A stretch of 57,076 nt of DNA from a virus (Duplodnaviria > Caudoviricetes): the IMG/VR virus record IMGVR_UViG_3300037225_000975, positions 1-57,076 of that record. One strand, given 5' to 3'. Positions within the stretch are counted from its first letter, which is position 1. Every line of letters starts with the position of its first letter. This document shows positions 37,794 to 47,862 of the stretch, in pieces. Under the pieces are notes generated by a model. The model saw only the letters and a list, made by a program, of their open reading frames with translations. It made no database searches and was not told where the DNA came from. The position numbers were made by a program, and so were the translations under genes.

Positions 37794-40342
37794 TACTCGA
37801 TCATGCAGAAGCCGTCTTGGCCATCTTGACCGTTGCCGGCTGATCCTGGAACGGTGGCATCTCCACCGCGGCCATAGGTGTTTCCGCTGTAAGAGTCGTG
37901 ATAGCCGCCTCCGCCGATCCCACTCTTGCCTCGCACGGCGCTGCCAGCGGTGTGAACCTGTATTCCGCCAGGCGTTCCACTTTCAGATGTTGCCATGATC
38001 GGCATGCATGATATGGCTGTTCCTATGCAAGTAGTTCCACCTTTGCCAGCCTGGCCAGCGTCTCTTGGATTTCCTGACGCGACTGATTCTCCAGCGAATC
38101 CGCCACCGGCCGTCATGGTACCGGTCGGACATGCTAGAGTCGAGGCGCCGCCAGCACCAGGGGCTCCGCTTGGATTGACTCCGCCGGTTCCGTGAAGACC
38201 GATGTTGATCGTGATGGTGTTCCCAGGAACCACCGTGATCTCGAACACGAACCGCATCCCGCCACCACCGCCGCCAGGAAAGCCGTCAAACGAGATCTGA
38301 CTAGCGGTGAATCCTGGAGTAGTGCTCGACACGTAGTAGCTATTGAGACTCGCAGCCGCGGTAGTGCCTCCACCAGCACCAGCACCTACTAGCACGCACC
38401 TGAGTTTCGTTACTCCAGCAGGAACCGTGAAGGTCTGAGCACTACCAGTATAGGTGAAAGAAACTTGCGACGTGTAACCAGAAGACGATGCTGCTGCTTG
38501 TGGCTCGATGTTCACGATCGCCGTCGTCGTGTCGATGGCTTCCCACACTGCGACCACATTCGATCCTGGAGCGGTGGTTACCACGCCACCAGCGGTCGTC
38601 GCGCTGAGATACGAGACTTGAGCGGCAGTCAAACCACTGAGACCCCCGACAACTCCGGCCATCGTCATCACGAAATTGTCTGCGTCGATGATCTCGGAGA
38701 TGACGCCGACAACCTTGGCATTCGTCGCCGTGTCAGCTTGCGCCAGATCATAGGTGTCATCGCTGACGCACTTCACAACCTGACCGACGGCAGTAAACGG
38801 ATGTGCGATCTGATGAATCTGGATCTGGATGCTTGACGGGATCGGCGTCGGAATGATGTTGACAATGATGTCGTCATCGTCAGGAGTCTCGGCGATCCTG
38901 ACCACGTTTGCTGGTGGAGGAGTAGACGTCAGTTCACCAGCAACGGTCGCACTCAGGTAGAGGATGGTCCCAGACGGCTGAGCCAACGTGGCGTCAATGA
39001 TGCGACCGCTGGTGACCAGGAAGAAATCATCTACGCCGATGACCTTACCGACAACGCCGATCGCCTTCGCGTTGGCAGCCGTGTCCGCCTTCGCCAGAGC
39101 GTAGGTGTCAGCGCCACTGACGCGGAGCACCTGACCCAGCGTGAAGCTGTGGCCGGGCTGATGGACGATGTAACCGACAGCATCGGGCGAACTTGCCAGG
39201 CGTTGGATGTTGACGTAGTAGCTATTCCCGCCATCAACGATGGTGAAAAGCTGGACGGGGAAAGCGTCTGGCTTGGTGGTGGTGAACCCGCCAGTTGGAT
39301 CGAGGAAGTAGACGTCACCAGGGGTAGGGAGAGGACCGCCGATCGCTCGAGGCATGATTCCCTCAGAGATCAGCACGAATTGGTCAGCGTCGATCTCGTA
39401 GGCAACGATGCCAACCACGTCGGAATTGGTCAGGCTATCAGCCGTGGCAAGCTGGTAGACGCCGAGGTTGTCGATGCGCAGGATGTCGCCACGGATGAAC
39501 CCGTGCGCTACCTGCAACACCTCGATGCCGGTCTTGTTGGCGTAGCCCTGCGAGTGGAAGACATGAAAGTCGACGTCAGTCGCATTCAGTGCTGTGAACA
39601 CCTGCACAGCATTCGCGTATGGCTGCGTTGCGGTTGCCGTTCCAGCAGAAATGTGATCCAGCCAGTACCGAGAACCGGCAGTCAGACCACTCAGAACGCC
39701 GACAGCGATGCCTTCGAAAGTGGCAATGAAGTCATTCGCATCCAGAACCGATGACACGATCGCCATCGCGTTGAAATCGTCTGTGTTGTCTGCTAACACT
39801 CGCCTATACATGCCAGACGGCGTGGAACCGACGATGTCTCCCACCGAGAAACCATGACTATTTTGATTGATCGTCGACGTCAGGGCACTCGTAGACCCGA
39901 CTGTCGCTGAGACGCCCACGCCATTGACGACGTAGACGCTGTGAGAGTCCATCGCCGAGGCTTGGAATGGGCCGGCAGCTACTGAAGCAATCGGAGCGCC
40001 AAAGTTGAACGCGTAAAGAGCGCCGATGGAGAGACCTCCAGCTGGAATGACAGCGCGACCGTTCGTGGTGACCGAGAACGCGGTGGCGCTCGCCTTCGTG
40101 ACGATGCCCCAGAGCTGGCAGCCGGTCGGTGGAGTGGCGGTAGTCAGCAACGCCCAGACACCACCAGCTCCCATGGCCACTGCTTGGCCGCGAGCGAATG
40201 CGTTAGCCTGCGAGACGAAGATCGAGTACTGCTGCTTCGCGACTGGGGGATTGCCGGAGAGCTGGTTGCGCCCGGTGAGGCCGTTCACCATCTCCTCGAG
40301 AAGAGTGATACGGCGGTTGTCAGCTTCGCTAAGGCCTATCAT
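37790..40342 (-). CDS. Tail tip/fibre protein with five tandem domains of about 115 aa and a Gly-rich C-terminal domain
   Basis: Repeat Q..H.F..G..V....Y.LA.AD...NA...G.V......D.F.....G; C-terminal FTVPAGV..L....VGAG.GGG...G.DG...IEY. Confidence 0.75.
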   Translation of the reverse strand: MIGLSEADNRRITLLEEMVNGLTGRNQLSGNPPVAKQQYSIFVSQANAFARGQAVAMGAGGVWALLTTATPPTGCQLWGIVTKASATAFSVTTNGRAVIPAGGLSIGALYAFNFGAPIASVAAGPFQASAMDSHSVYVVNGVGVSATVGSTSALTSTINQNSHGFSVGDIVGSTPSGMYRRVLADNTDDFNAMAIVSSVLDANDFIATFEGIAVGVLSGLTAGSRYWLDHISAGTATATQPYANAVQVFTALNATDVDFHVFHSQGYANKTGIEVLQVAHGFIRGDILRIDNLGVYQLATADSLTNSDVVGIVAYEIDADQFVLISEGIMPRAIGGPLPTPGDVYFLDPTGGFTTTKPDAFPVQLFTIVDGGNSYYVNIQRLASSPDAVGYIVHQPGHSFTLGQVLRVSGADTYALAKADTAANAKAIGVVGKVIGVDDFFLVTSGRIIDATLAQPSGTILYLSATVAGELTSTPPPANVVRIAETPDDDDIIVNIIPTPIPSSIQIQIHQIAHPFTAVGQVVKCVSDDTYDLAQADTATNAKVVGVISEIIDADNFVMTMAGVVGGLSGLTAAQVSYLSATTAGGVVTTAPGSNVVAVWEAIDTTTAIVNIEPQAAASSSGYTSQVSFTYTGSAQTFTVPAGVTKLRCVLVGAGAGGGTTAAASLNSYYVSSTTPGFTASQISFDGFPGGGGGGMRFVFEITVVPGNTITINIGLHGTGGVNPSGAPGAGGASTLACPTGTMTAGGGFAGESVASGNPRDAGQAGKGGTTCIGTAISCMPIMATSESGTPGGIQVHTAGSAVRGKSGIGGGGYHDSYSGNTYGRGGDATVPGSAGNGQDGQDGFCMIEY

Positions 40343-42390
40343 CCGATCTGCTCCACGTCGACGGGGATGTGTTTCGTGGTGACCATCGTCTCGCCAGGTT
40401 CGGCGAAGTTGAACTCCACCGAGGTGACGATGCCAAGCACCGCCGAGATGGAACCCTCGAAGTTGGGAATGTCGATCAACATTTGACCAGGTTTGGCGTA
40501 GTTCTTGTCGATCTCTCCGATCCTGCTGAAAGAAACCGCCCATGCCGGGTTGATGCACCAGGGCGTGCTAGTCGCCATGATGCTGCGCGCCTGACCGAGA
40601 TCATCCTGGATCACCACGTCAGAGGATGGTGACTGCAGAACGCCAGTTTGAGAGACGCCGACGATGGTTCCTGAAGGAATGACTCGACGCTGAAGATGAG
40701 GGCGCTGCTTACAGAATGTGCGCATCTGATCGCGAGCCCAGTCAGGCGTGTCCTTGCGGAAAGAGACAGTTTCTTGGAGCTGGCCGCGCATGCCGACCGT
40801 GACGTATATCTTCCTGCCAGCCTCGAAAGCATCTCTGATCCAGTTGTCGCCACTGTTCTCGTCTTTCGGTATGTCGCCGAAGGTGAGAGCGCAGTTATCG
40901 GAGTCGACGGCGATCTCGATGCTCTTCTTGTCCAGGAACTCGGCAAGAGTGTACCATTTGCCGTCGTCTTCTTGAGCGAATGCTTGGATCGGAGCGTTGC
41001 GACGAGTCTTGTCAGCTGCGGCAGGATCTTGAGTAGCCCAGTCATAACCGTCGATGCATGGGAGCTCACCAGTCATTTCCAGCACATTGGGGCTCACCAC
41101 CGTGACCGCGTCATCAGATGAGGTGCCGTCCAAGCCGCTCGACCCGTAGAGAGCGCTACTAGCGAAGTTATGCGTGTTAGGCAGAACGAATCCGCCGGTG
41201 AAGATGCCATTCCATGCTGGGTTTATCTTCCAGCGACGCCAGACTCTGGCGATGCCGGTGTTCGTGTTGAGTGATCCGAACGTGTTGTCACCATCGGATT
41301 GCGCTTCGTACGCGGTCTGATCTGCTGGCGTCCAGTCCTGGATGAAGTCGTCGAAGAGCGAGAAGGTGACGGCGTACCATGTCGGCGAGATTTGCACGAA
41401 CATCTGATCTACCGTGGCCGCGCTGTCCTCGGTGATGTTGAATTTCTGGATGTGGTCTGGATCGGTGAGATCGATGGTGATCTGCTCGTAATTCGCCGGC
41501 AGCGTGTACGCCGCGGTGAACGGCGGTACTGCCGGGACGGTGACTGGTGTCGGGCTGAACGACTCCACGATGATGCGCGGTTGGAAACCGTTCATCTCCC
41601 AGCGGTAACCAACACCTTGCTTTTGCGACATCACTCGGCTCAACGCTTCTCCGCAAGAGTGACCGGAAAGATCCCATTGTTCCGAGAATCCGAGAGCACC
41701 GGTGAGCGCCAGACCTCCGAGATCGAAACGAGGACCGCCTCCGCCGAAGAGAATGTAAAGTCCCAGATAGTACTTCACCACGTCGAGAGCGGTCCACATC
41801 ACCGCGTCGCCGGAAAAATCGAAAACTGGGGCCATCCAGCCGCCGCCGAAGTCATAGAGGTTGGGCGACATGTTGCCGGAGATTTTCGTGCCGAGCTTGT
41901 TGAAGATCGGCGCGGCGCCACAATCAGACGCGGTGGTGCTAGGTGCCTGCGTGGTGGTGAAATGCCATGGCGGCACGACCGAGTCAAGCACCGACATGAT
42001 ACCGGAGCACTTGTACGAATTGAAGAACGCCACTTGGTTCGCGTCTGGAGCGACGATGCGCTTGCTGATGACGCCCCACCAGAGCGGACTGTATTTCGTG
42101 CCATCTTCTGAGTCGGTGACAGATCCGGCAGGATCGAATTGTGACACCTGAACGTACTGGCCACCGATGTTGAGAGACGAGATCGCTTGCGACACCGACT
42201 TGCCTGGCTTGAAGATGGTACCGGCAGGAGTGTAGAGTTGTGCCGACCCGACGTCATTGCAGAGACCGAGCACCGCGCTCTGACACCACGCGTCAATCTG
42301 AGTCCAACCTCCCGGGTCGATCGGCCAAGTCTTGGCGATCTGCACCAGGGTTCGAGTGCGGTTGGGGAGGATGAGCGGAGTGGTCGGCAT
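40339..42390 (-). CDS. Tail tip/baseplate hub protein
   Basis: 683 aa; second gene after the tape measure gene. Confidence 0.55.
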   Translation of the reverse strand: MPTTPLILPNRTRTLVQIAKTWPIDPGGWTQIDAWCQSAVLGLCNDVGSAQLYTPAGTIFKPGKSVSQAISSLNIGGQYVQVSQFDPAGSVTDSEDGTKYSPLWWGVISKRIVAPDANQVAFFNSYKCSGIMSVLDSVVPPWHFTTTQAPSTTASDCGAAPIFNKLGTKISGNMSPNLYDFGGGWMAPVFDFSGDAVMWTALDVVKYYLGLYILFGGGGPRFDLGGLALTGALGFSEQWDLSGHSCGEALSRVMSQKQGVGYRWEMNGFQPRIIVESFSPTPVTVPAVPPFTAAYTLPANYEQITIDLTDPDHIQKFNITEDSAATVDQMFVQISPTWYAVTFSLFDDFIQDWTPADQTAYEAQSDGDNTFGSLNTNTGIARVWRRWKINPAWNGIFTGGFVLPNTHNFASSALYGSSGLDGTSSDDAVTVVSPNVLEMTGELPCIDGYDWATQDPAAADKTRRNAPIQAFAQEDDGKWYTLAEFLDKKSIEIAVDSDNCALTFGDIPKDENSGDNWIRDAFEAGRKIYVTVGMRGQLQETVSFRKDTPDWARDQMRTFCKQRPHLQRRVIPSGTIVGVSQTGVLQSPSSDVVIQDDLGQARSIMATSTPWCINPAWAVSFSRIGEIDKNYAKPGQMLIDIPNFEGSISAVLGIVTSVEFNFAEPGETMVTTKHIPVDVEQIG

Positions 42391-42391
42391 C

Positions 42392-42772
42392 TCAGCTTCC
42401 CAAAGGCATGTAGACCGTGAACTCCAAGATGCAGTGGAAGTTGCCGAGAGCGCTGAACACTGCTCCGCACTTCACGACCTTGTAGGATTCCACGAAAACG
42501 TCTGGCGTGCTCACTGGTCCTCCACCGGCGACGTCTTCCACGACATCCTGCACCGCTCCGCAAACCGCGGCGGCAGCATCCAGTAAAGCTGCTTCGTCAG
42601 TCATGCTAGCGATGAAATGCTCGCTCCTGAGGATAGTCGGATCTGCGTACTGCGGACCGAGAATGTGGCCGTTGCCGTCGCGACCTGACTGACGATATGC
42701 CGTCGAGTGGACATACGGTGGTCCTTGCGGCCAGTTTATCGTGTCGCAGAATAGTGAGCCGATGGCTGACAT
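42392..42772 (-). CDS. Distal-tail-like protein
   Basis: 126 aa directly after the tape measure gene; GAGG SD. Confidence 0.5.
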   Translation of the reverse strand: MSAIGSLFCDTINWPQGPPYVHSTAYRQSGRDGNGHILGPQYADPTILRSEHFIASMTDEAALLDAAAAVCGAVQDVVEDVAGGGPVSTPDVFVESYKVVKCGAVFSALGNFHCILEFTVYMPLGS

Positions 42773-42774
42773 GT

Positions 42775-44073
42775 CTATCGCCTCTTCGCCGAAAGGACGT
42801 CGAGTTCTTTGCTCGCTCTGCTGGCATCCGTGTCGGAGATCTTGTGGTATGGATCCCAGGTGTTCTTGAAGTTGTCCCACCACGACCGATGCTCTTTATC
42901 AGCGTTGATCCGAGTCTCTAGAATCTGCGCTTCGAGAACGAGCTTGATATTGTATTCCTTCTCCTTGTCCGCCATCGGATTACGCTCTTGCTCGAGAAGA
43001 TGCGCCGAACCAGACCGCATCAGAGGACCGAACATGTCGGTCATCTCGTCTCGCATCCTCAGCATGCGGTCGCCTTTTGCGGTGGCAATGTTGGCGCCGA
43101 ATTCTGAGGAAGCGGCGTTGTCTCCCCACGTGTTGAGCTGATCGCCAGAGAAGGCGCGACCGTTGATCCTCTTCACGAGTCGATCGCGATTGTACCTGCC
43201 ACCACCCTCTCCCATCTTTCCCATGGCCTCCGTAACAGACAGACCGGTTCTCGACGCGATGGTTTGCGCTTCTTCCAGGAGGTCGAGTTGCGTCATCGCG
43301 CTGGCGCCAGTTCCGAAACGCGTGCCGCGATGCTGCATGAGATTGGCTAGGCCCTTGATGGCCTCAGGCCCGAGACCCTCACCCTGGATCTGTTTGAGCG
43401 CCAATTCGCCAGTCTTCATGCCGCCATGGTTGAGAATGTACTCCATCGGGTCGACGATCTGTGCGAACCCGCTCGCAGCTTTGTCTTGCTTGGATGAGAG
43501 AGTGGTGCGCACCGATTCATTGTATTCCTGGTTGGCCTTGACACCTGCCAGGATCACCTCGTTGAGATGAGCGACGTACTCGGCGTTGAGTTCGAATGCC
43601 TTGGTGACCGCGAAAGCGGCTGCGGCTAGGCCTACCAGAACAGGTCCGCCAGCCATGGCGGCGTGAAGAAGATGACCACCTTCGCCAGGAACGAATCGCG
43701 CCGCCATGTGCTCGGCGCGACCTTTGAGACCGAAGACCCCGCCTCCGCCGTGACCTCCCTGCTCCTGATTCAGCAACTTAGCCTCGGTCCTGGCCACCTG
43801 CATGTCCGCGGCAACTTTCCGATAAGACATGCCTTGCTGGGCCATCGACGTGTTCAGCTTTGCTGCGACTTTCTGCAGTTCCATCATCTCCAGATGCGTG
43901 AGACGAACGCCCTTCGACATCGCCGTGTGAGCTGACCCGGCACCTTGAGCCGCCGTGGTGACGATCTTTTCTTGAGAGGCGAGTCTGGCAGCTGAGTCCG
44001 CGGCCTGATCCAGCTCTTTCGACGCTTGGGTGGCGCCTGGAACGCTGACTGGAACGATGATGGGTTCGGTCAT
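42775..44073 (-). CDS. Short tape measure protein
   Basis: Ala/Gly-rich helical protein with a central hydrophobic stretch; follows the frameshifting chaperone. Confidence 0.7.
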   Translation of the reverse strand: MTEPIIVPVSVPGATQASKELDQAADSAARLASQEKIVTTAAQGAGSAHTAMSKGVRLTHLEMMELQKVAAKLNTSMAQQGMSYRKVAADMQVARTEAKLLNQEQGGHGGGGVFGLKGRAEHMAARFVPGEGGHLLHAAMAGGPVLVGLAAAAFAVTKAFELNAEYVAHLNEVILAGVKANQEYNESVRTTLSSKQDKAASGFAQIVDPMEYILNHGGMKTGELALKQIQGEGLGPEAIKGLANLMQHRGTRFGTGASAMTQLDLLEEAQTIASRTGLSVTEAMGKMGEGGGRYNRDRLVKRINGRAFSGDQLNTWGDNAASSEFGANIATAKGDRMLRMRDEMTDMFGPLMRSGSAHLLEQERNPMADKEKEYNIKLVLEAQILETRINADKEHRSWWDNFKNTWDPYHKISDTDASRASKELDVLSAKRR

Positions 44074-44803
44074 GGTGCTTCGCCTTTGGAGAGCATCCAG
44101 TCAGCAAACTGGACTATCTCCGCGGGAGTGAGTAGGACGCCTTCTAGACCGCCGCAGGCGCACTGAGCGCGGAGGGCGCGCTGCCTGGCTCGGGCGCAGC
44201 TTTTGGGACGTGAGTGATGGCCCTCCAGATCGGGAGAGCAGAGTTCTCCGTGATCCAGCCGCAGTCGGCGATGAGCTCCTTCGTGCACCGCGTCGTGTGC
44301 ATGATCGCTTCTCTGCAGATGTCGAACACTTGAGCGGAGAAGTCCTCGATGGGACTGTCTTCTCCAGTCTTCTTGTCGCTCATTTGACCGAGCAGATTGA
44401 GCGTCTTCCTGGCAAATGCCGTGGCGAAATCCCCGAGAGAGTTATCCTCAAGGATCTTTCTCGGGCTGGCGTAAGCCGGCACGATGAGCAAGACGGCCAT
44501 GCCGCCTTCTCCGGTCTCTACCTGAACCCGATGAGCGTCAGTTCTCTGAGCGAATCCCTCGCGAAGAAGGCTCATCGGGTTGGGAAGCACCTTTGGCGGG
44601 AAGTACAGCATCCCGTCATCGGTCTTTCTACTCGGGCCGAACTCGGTGAGAGGTCGAGGTCCAGCTCCGGCCCACGTCATGAGACAACCAGCCTGATGCG
44701 GTTGTACTTGCCACGGTCCGGCGCGAAGCAGTCGCTTGGCGCGCGGATCATTCTCCACCGTTTCCGGGGCGGTAGGAGCTCCTGGTAGCACGTACCCGAT
44801 CAT
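44070..44803 (-). CDS. Tail assembly chaperone (44144-44803) with -1 frameshift extension to 44070
   Basis: C-CCA-AAA slippery heptamer at 44207-44201 in the correct phase; the -1 frame stays open to the tape measure start. Confidence 0.8.
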
Positions 44804-45228
44804 CAGGTCACCGAGAAGATGCTGCTGGGGACGCCGTTCGGGTCGACGCAAGTGAAGTTCAGGTTGTTTGTCGGGTTGCCGTCGAGCGGGAGTCCGCGCG
44901 TGGTGCTGTTCAGCGTGGCGTTGGGGAACGTCCACGTGTGACCTCCGCCACCCAGAGCTCCAGCGCCGGCAGCTTGCGTGAAGCCGACGATCACCAGAGC
45001 GCCAGCTCCAGGGAGGATGAGGGTGGTGTTCGTGATCGCGCTCTGGAGAGCGTTCACCGTGACCTTGCCCTTGATGTCTTCGACGTAGGCGATCTGCGCC
45101 GCGATGGCGCCGTCGCCGCGAGCGGTTTGTTCCGATCCGCCGAGCTCGACCGAAGCATTGGTGGCTCCGACGATGGGCACGCCGGCGAACGTCGCCGACT
45201 GGACCTTGATGAGGAGAGGGGCGGACAT
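44803..45228 (-). CDS. Major tail tube protein
   Basis: 141 aa, beta-rich, strong codon bias, AAGGAG SD, upstream of the chaperone. Confidence 0.7.
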   Translation of the reverse strand: MSAPLLIKVQSATFAGVPIVGATNASVELGGSEQTARGDGAIAAQIAYVEDIKGKVTVNALQSAITNTTLILPGAGALVIVGFTQAAGAGALGGGGHTWTFPNATLNSTTRGLPLDGNPTNNLNFTCVDPNGVPSSIFSVT

Positions 45229-45240
45229 GGGTGAGGCTCC

Positions 45241-45819
45241 TTAGATGACTCTGGCTTGACCTTGACCGAACGCCGTGGAGGCAGATCCTCTGCCAACTTG
45301 AGCGCTCAGCCATCGTTCTGCGAATTCTCTGATCCTGATGACGTCTTGGGTATCAGGATCGACTGGCGATCGCTTGGGAAGATGCACCTTCGGTGCTCCG
45401 GTGTGATGATAGATGGCATATTCGGGAAGGCCGATGAAGGCGATCTGCGCCGTGTCTCCACTCGACGTGACACGATGGTTTCGCGAGTAGCCGACTGCGT
45501 TGCGAAGCGCGCCGCTCGCCACCAGGATTGGAAGACTTTTTCCTCCTCCGCCAGGTCTAGGAAGCAGTCGGCTGCCGTGACCGTACTTCTGCTTCTGGCC
45601 GGCATTGAGAGACTTCGCGCGACCAGCCTTGATAGCTTCGTAGTTCTCTGAGAGAGGAGCGAATCGAGCGTTGCCTTCACCCTGGAAACGATCGGCAACG
45701 ATCGGCTGGCTGACGCCAGGACCTCCGTTCGCGTAGAACTCGCCGATCTTCTGAGGCAGGGCGCGCATGGCGGCGGCGGCTGACTTGAGGCTTCTGAAAG
45801 CTGCAAGATTGTCACTCAT
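45241..45819 (-). CDS. Neck / virion morphogenesis protein (Mu gpG-like)
   Basis: APLS..Y...K, ILV.SG.LR, YAIYHHTG....LP.R. Confidence 0.75.
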   Translation of the reverse strand: MSDNLAAFRSLKSAAAAMRALPQKIGEFYANGGPGVSQPIVADRFQGEGNARFAPLSENYEAIKAGRAKSLNAGQKQKYGHGSRLLPRPGGGGKSLPILVASGALRNAVGYSRNHRVTSSGDTAQIAFIGLPEYAIYHHTGAPKVHLPKRSPVDPDTQDVIRIREFAERWLSAQVGRGSASTAFGQGQARVI

Positions 45820-46321
45820 CTTCGGCGCCTCTCATCACGTCAGTGATCATCTCCACGATCATTCTGGCATTGTCGATCTCTTTCGCTTTGGCGACCTTGA
45901 TGCCGACGGCCATCGCATCCTTGACTCCGGCGGTTTTCATCGCTCGCTTGACCGTTTTCCAGCCATCGACGTTGTCATCCAGCCACTGCTCGGTGGCCTC
46001 CACCGTGGTGGTCGGTTCTTCCTCGGTGACCTCCTCCACGACCTTTTCCGCCTCGGATCCTTTCACCGAGACGTAGCGGATGGCGCAACGACAGCCGTAG
46101 TCGAGCGGAGGAACTGGAGCTTCGCCGAGAGCGAAGATCTGACCGTGAAACGCGGCGTGCGATGGTCGGACGCGGTCGTCCGGCTCCTCGTCAGGATCGT
46201 GCTCGCCACCTTCGCCAGTGTTGCAAAGAAATTGCACCATCACGTCATCGTCGAGAGCGCCATCCTTGACAGAGTCCTTGACATCCTGGGATAGCAAACC
46301 AAGGTTGATCTCAATGGGCAT
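45812..46321 (-). CDS. MuF/SPP1 gp7-like C-terminal domain protein
   Basis: DDRVRPSHAAFHGQIF....PPLDYGCRC. Confidence 0.7.
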   Translation of the reverse strand: MPIEINLGLLSQDVKDSVKDGALDDDVMVQFLCNTGEGGEHDPDEEPDDRVRPSHAAFHGQIFALGEAPVPPLDYGCRCAIRYVSVKGSEAEKVVEEVTEEEPTTTVEATEQWLDDNVDGWKTVKRAMKTAGVKDAMAVGIKVAKAKEIDNARMIVEMITDVMRGAEDE

Positions 46322-46943
46322 GTCTCGCCTCTCTGATCGCCTTCGCCACCATGCGGATCGCGAGTTGCGTGCCGGCGTAGTATGCCTCTTCTGCCGCGTT
46401 CGCGCAACTGTCGGCAAACCGCTGCACCACGCCACCCAGGAGTTGTGGCATCGATGCCGCTTCTGAGTCACCGATGAGCGGCGACGCCATCGTGCCATTG
46501 ACCTCATAGCGCAACTTGGCATGCATCGATGCGGACATCTCCGACGGAGTATGACCTTGGATGGGATAACCGGCCATCATCTCTTCTTCCGCCGGCGTGA
46601 TCTGATAAACAAGACCGCGCACTCGGGTCTTCTGGTGTGATAGCTCGCTCTCCAACCCGGCCTGCAAAGCTTCTATAAGAAGCTCTCCCACCGCGTCTTC
46701 CGAGGCGGCGAGATCCGTATCGATCGCCTGGTTGAAGGTAGGATCTCCACGAACATCGCGAAGATCCTGCACCGATTCCTTCAATGACAGCTCGCTGGTG
46801 CTGGTGAGCGCGATCTCGACAGCTTTCTGGGCGAGTTTGAGGGTCGTCGACCCAAGACAGCGCAGGCCGACAGCGCGAGCCTCCACCGACAGAGAGTTGG
46901 CATCTCTGGCTTGCGTCTCCTTGTGTGGGAGCGCGTTAGGCAC
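46311..46943 (-). CDS. Helical protein, possible MuF N-terminal half
   Basis: Coupled to the MuF-like ORF; helical, with YPIQG.T..E. Confidence 0.45.
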   Translation of the reverse strand: MPNALPHKETQARDANSLSVEARAVGLRCLGSTTLKLAQKAVEIALTSTSELSLKESVQDLRDVRGDPTFNQAIDTDLAASEDAVGELLIEALQAGLESELSHQKTRVRGLVYQITPAEEEMMAGYPIQGHTPSEMSASMHAKLRYEVNGTMASPLIGDSEAASMPQLLGGVVQRFADSCANAAEEAYYAGTQLAIRMVAKAIREARHAH

Positions 46944-47724
46944 GGATCAGCCGCCCCACCTGCATGATGGCTTCTTTGTCCTCCTCCGGCATCCGCTCTT
47001 CCCAGAAACGCATGATTCGAATTTCTGGCGGGATCCAGCTACCCTTGCGCAATGCTTGGATCTTGTTCGCATAGTCTTCGCGAGTGTCGTCGATGAACTG
47101 CCACGTGGTGCTGGCGCGAGCGAAGAACTTCGGTCCCATTTTCGCCACCGTGCCGGTGCAAACGAGCTGCAGAAGCGACGGGATGCTGAGTGTCGTCGGA
47201 TCCGCGCTATAGGTGCAATAGATCTTGTCATTCTGCGTCATGCCGCCTGGATAGAGCGTCGGATTGAGCGACCCCTGGCCGGTGGCAACGTCGAAGCTGT
47301 ACTGGTTTGACGGATCTGCCGGATTGGCGGTGTTGTAGTTCAACTCAGCGAGAGGGATGAGCTCAGGGTCGGTGAACGTCATGTCGGTCAGCAGCTCGGT
47401 CAGCAGACGCGGGCGCGTCTTGAACATGACCGGCTGGCCCTTCCAGACGTGGAACTGATTGGCCACCACCGGAAACAGACCAACCTGGAAGGTGAACTGA
47501 CCTTTGGTGGCGCGCAAGACGACGAGCTCCAGATCGACGTCGAACATCGATTGGAACATGTCTTCCGGCATCACCTGGATGATCTCGTCGGTGGCCAGAT
47601 CCATGAAGGCGGCTACCGATGGTTCTCCGCCGAAATCACCGACCACCGGATTGTACGACCCGGTGGCCAGGAACGTCATCACGTTCGCGGAAGTGCATCC
47701 AAAGCGATTGAGTCTGCCGGCCAT
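46936..47724 (-). CDS. Putative head-tail adaptor with inserted beta domain
   Basis: N-terminal A.DEI helix, C-terminal Y....QALRKG; position in the module. Confidence 0.5.
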   Translation of the reverse strand: MAGRLNRFGCTSANVMTFLATGSYNPVVGDFGGEPSVAAFMDLATDEIIQVMPEDMFQSMFDVDLELVVLRATKGQFTFQVGLFPVVANQFHVWKGQPVMFKTRPRLLTELLTDMTFTDPELIPLAELNYNTANPADPSNQYSFDVATGQGSLNPTLYPGGMTQNDKIYCTYSADPTTLSIPSLLQLVCTGTVAKMGPKFFARASTTWQFIDDTREDYANKIQALRKGSWIPPEIRIMRFWEERMPEEDKEAIMQVGRLIRA

Positions 47725-47727
47725 GGT

Positions 47728-47862
47728 TCACTTCCCTCGGTGTTTGAAGTACTCGATCTGGCCGAGACGCTTTTTAGCCGCCTCTTTTGACATCGGTTTG
47801 CTGAGACGCTTGCCGCTCTCCGACTTGACGACGTAGAGATGAGGAGATACTTTGACGATCAT
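47728..47862 (-). CDS. 44-aa basic protein (not in ORF track)
   Basis: MIVKVSPHLYVVKSESGKRLSKPMSKEAAKKRLGQIEYFKHRGK*; ATGA overlap. Confidence 0.7.
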   Translation of the reverse strand: MIVKVSPHLYVVKSESGKRLSKPMSKEAAKKRLGQIEYFKHRGK

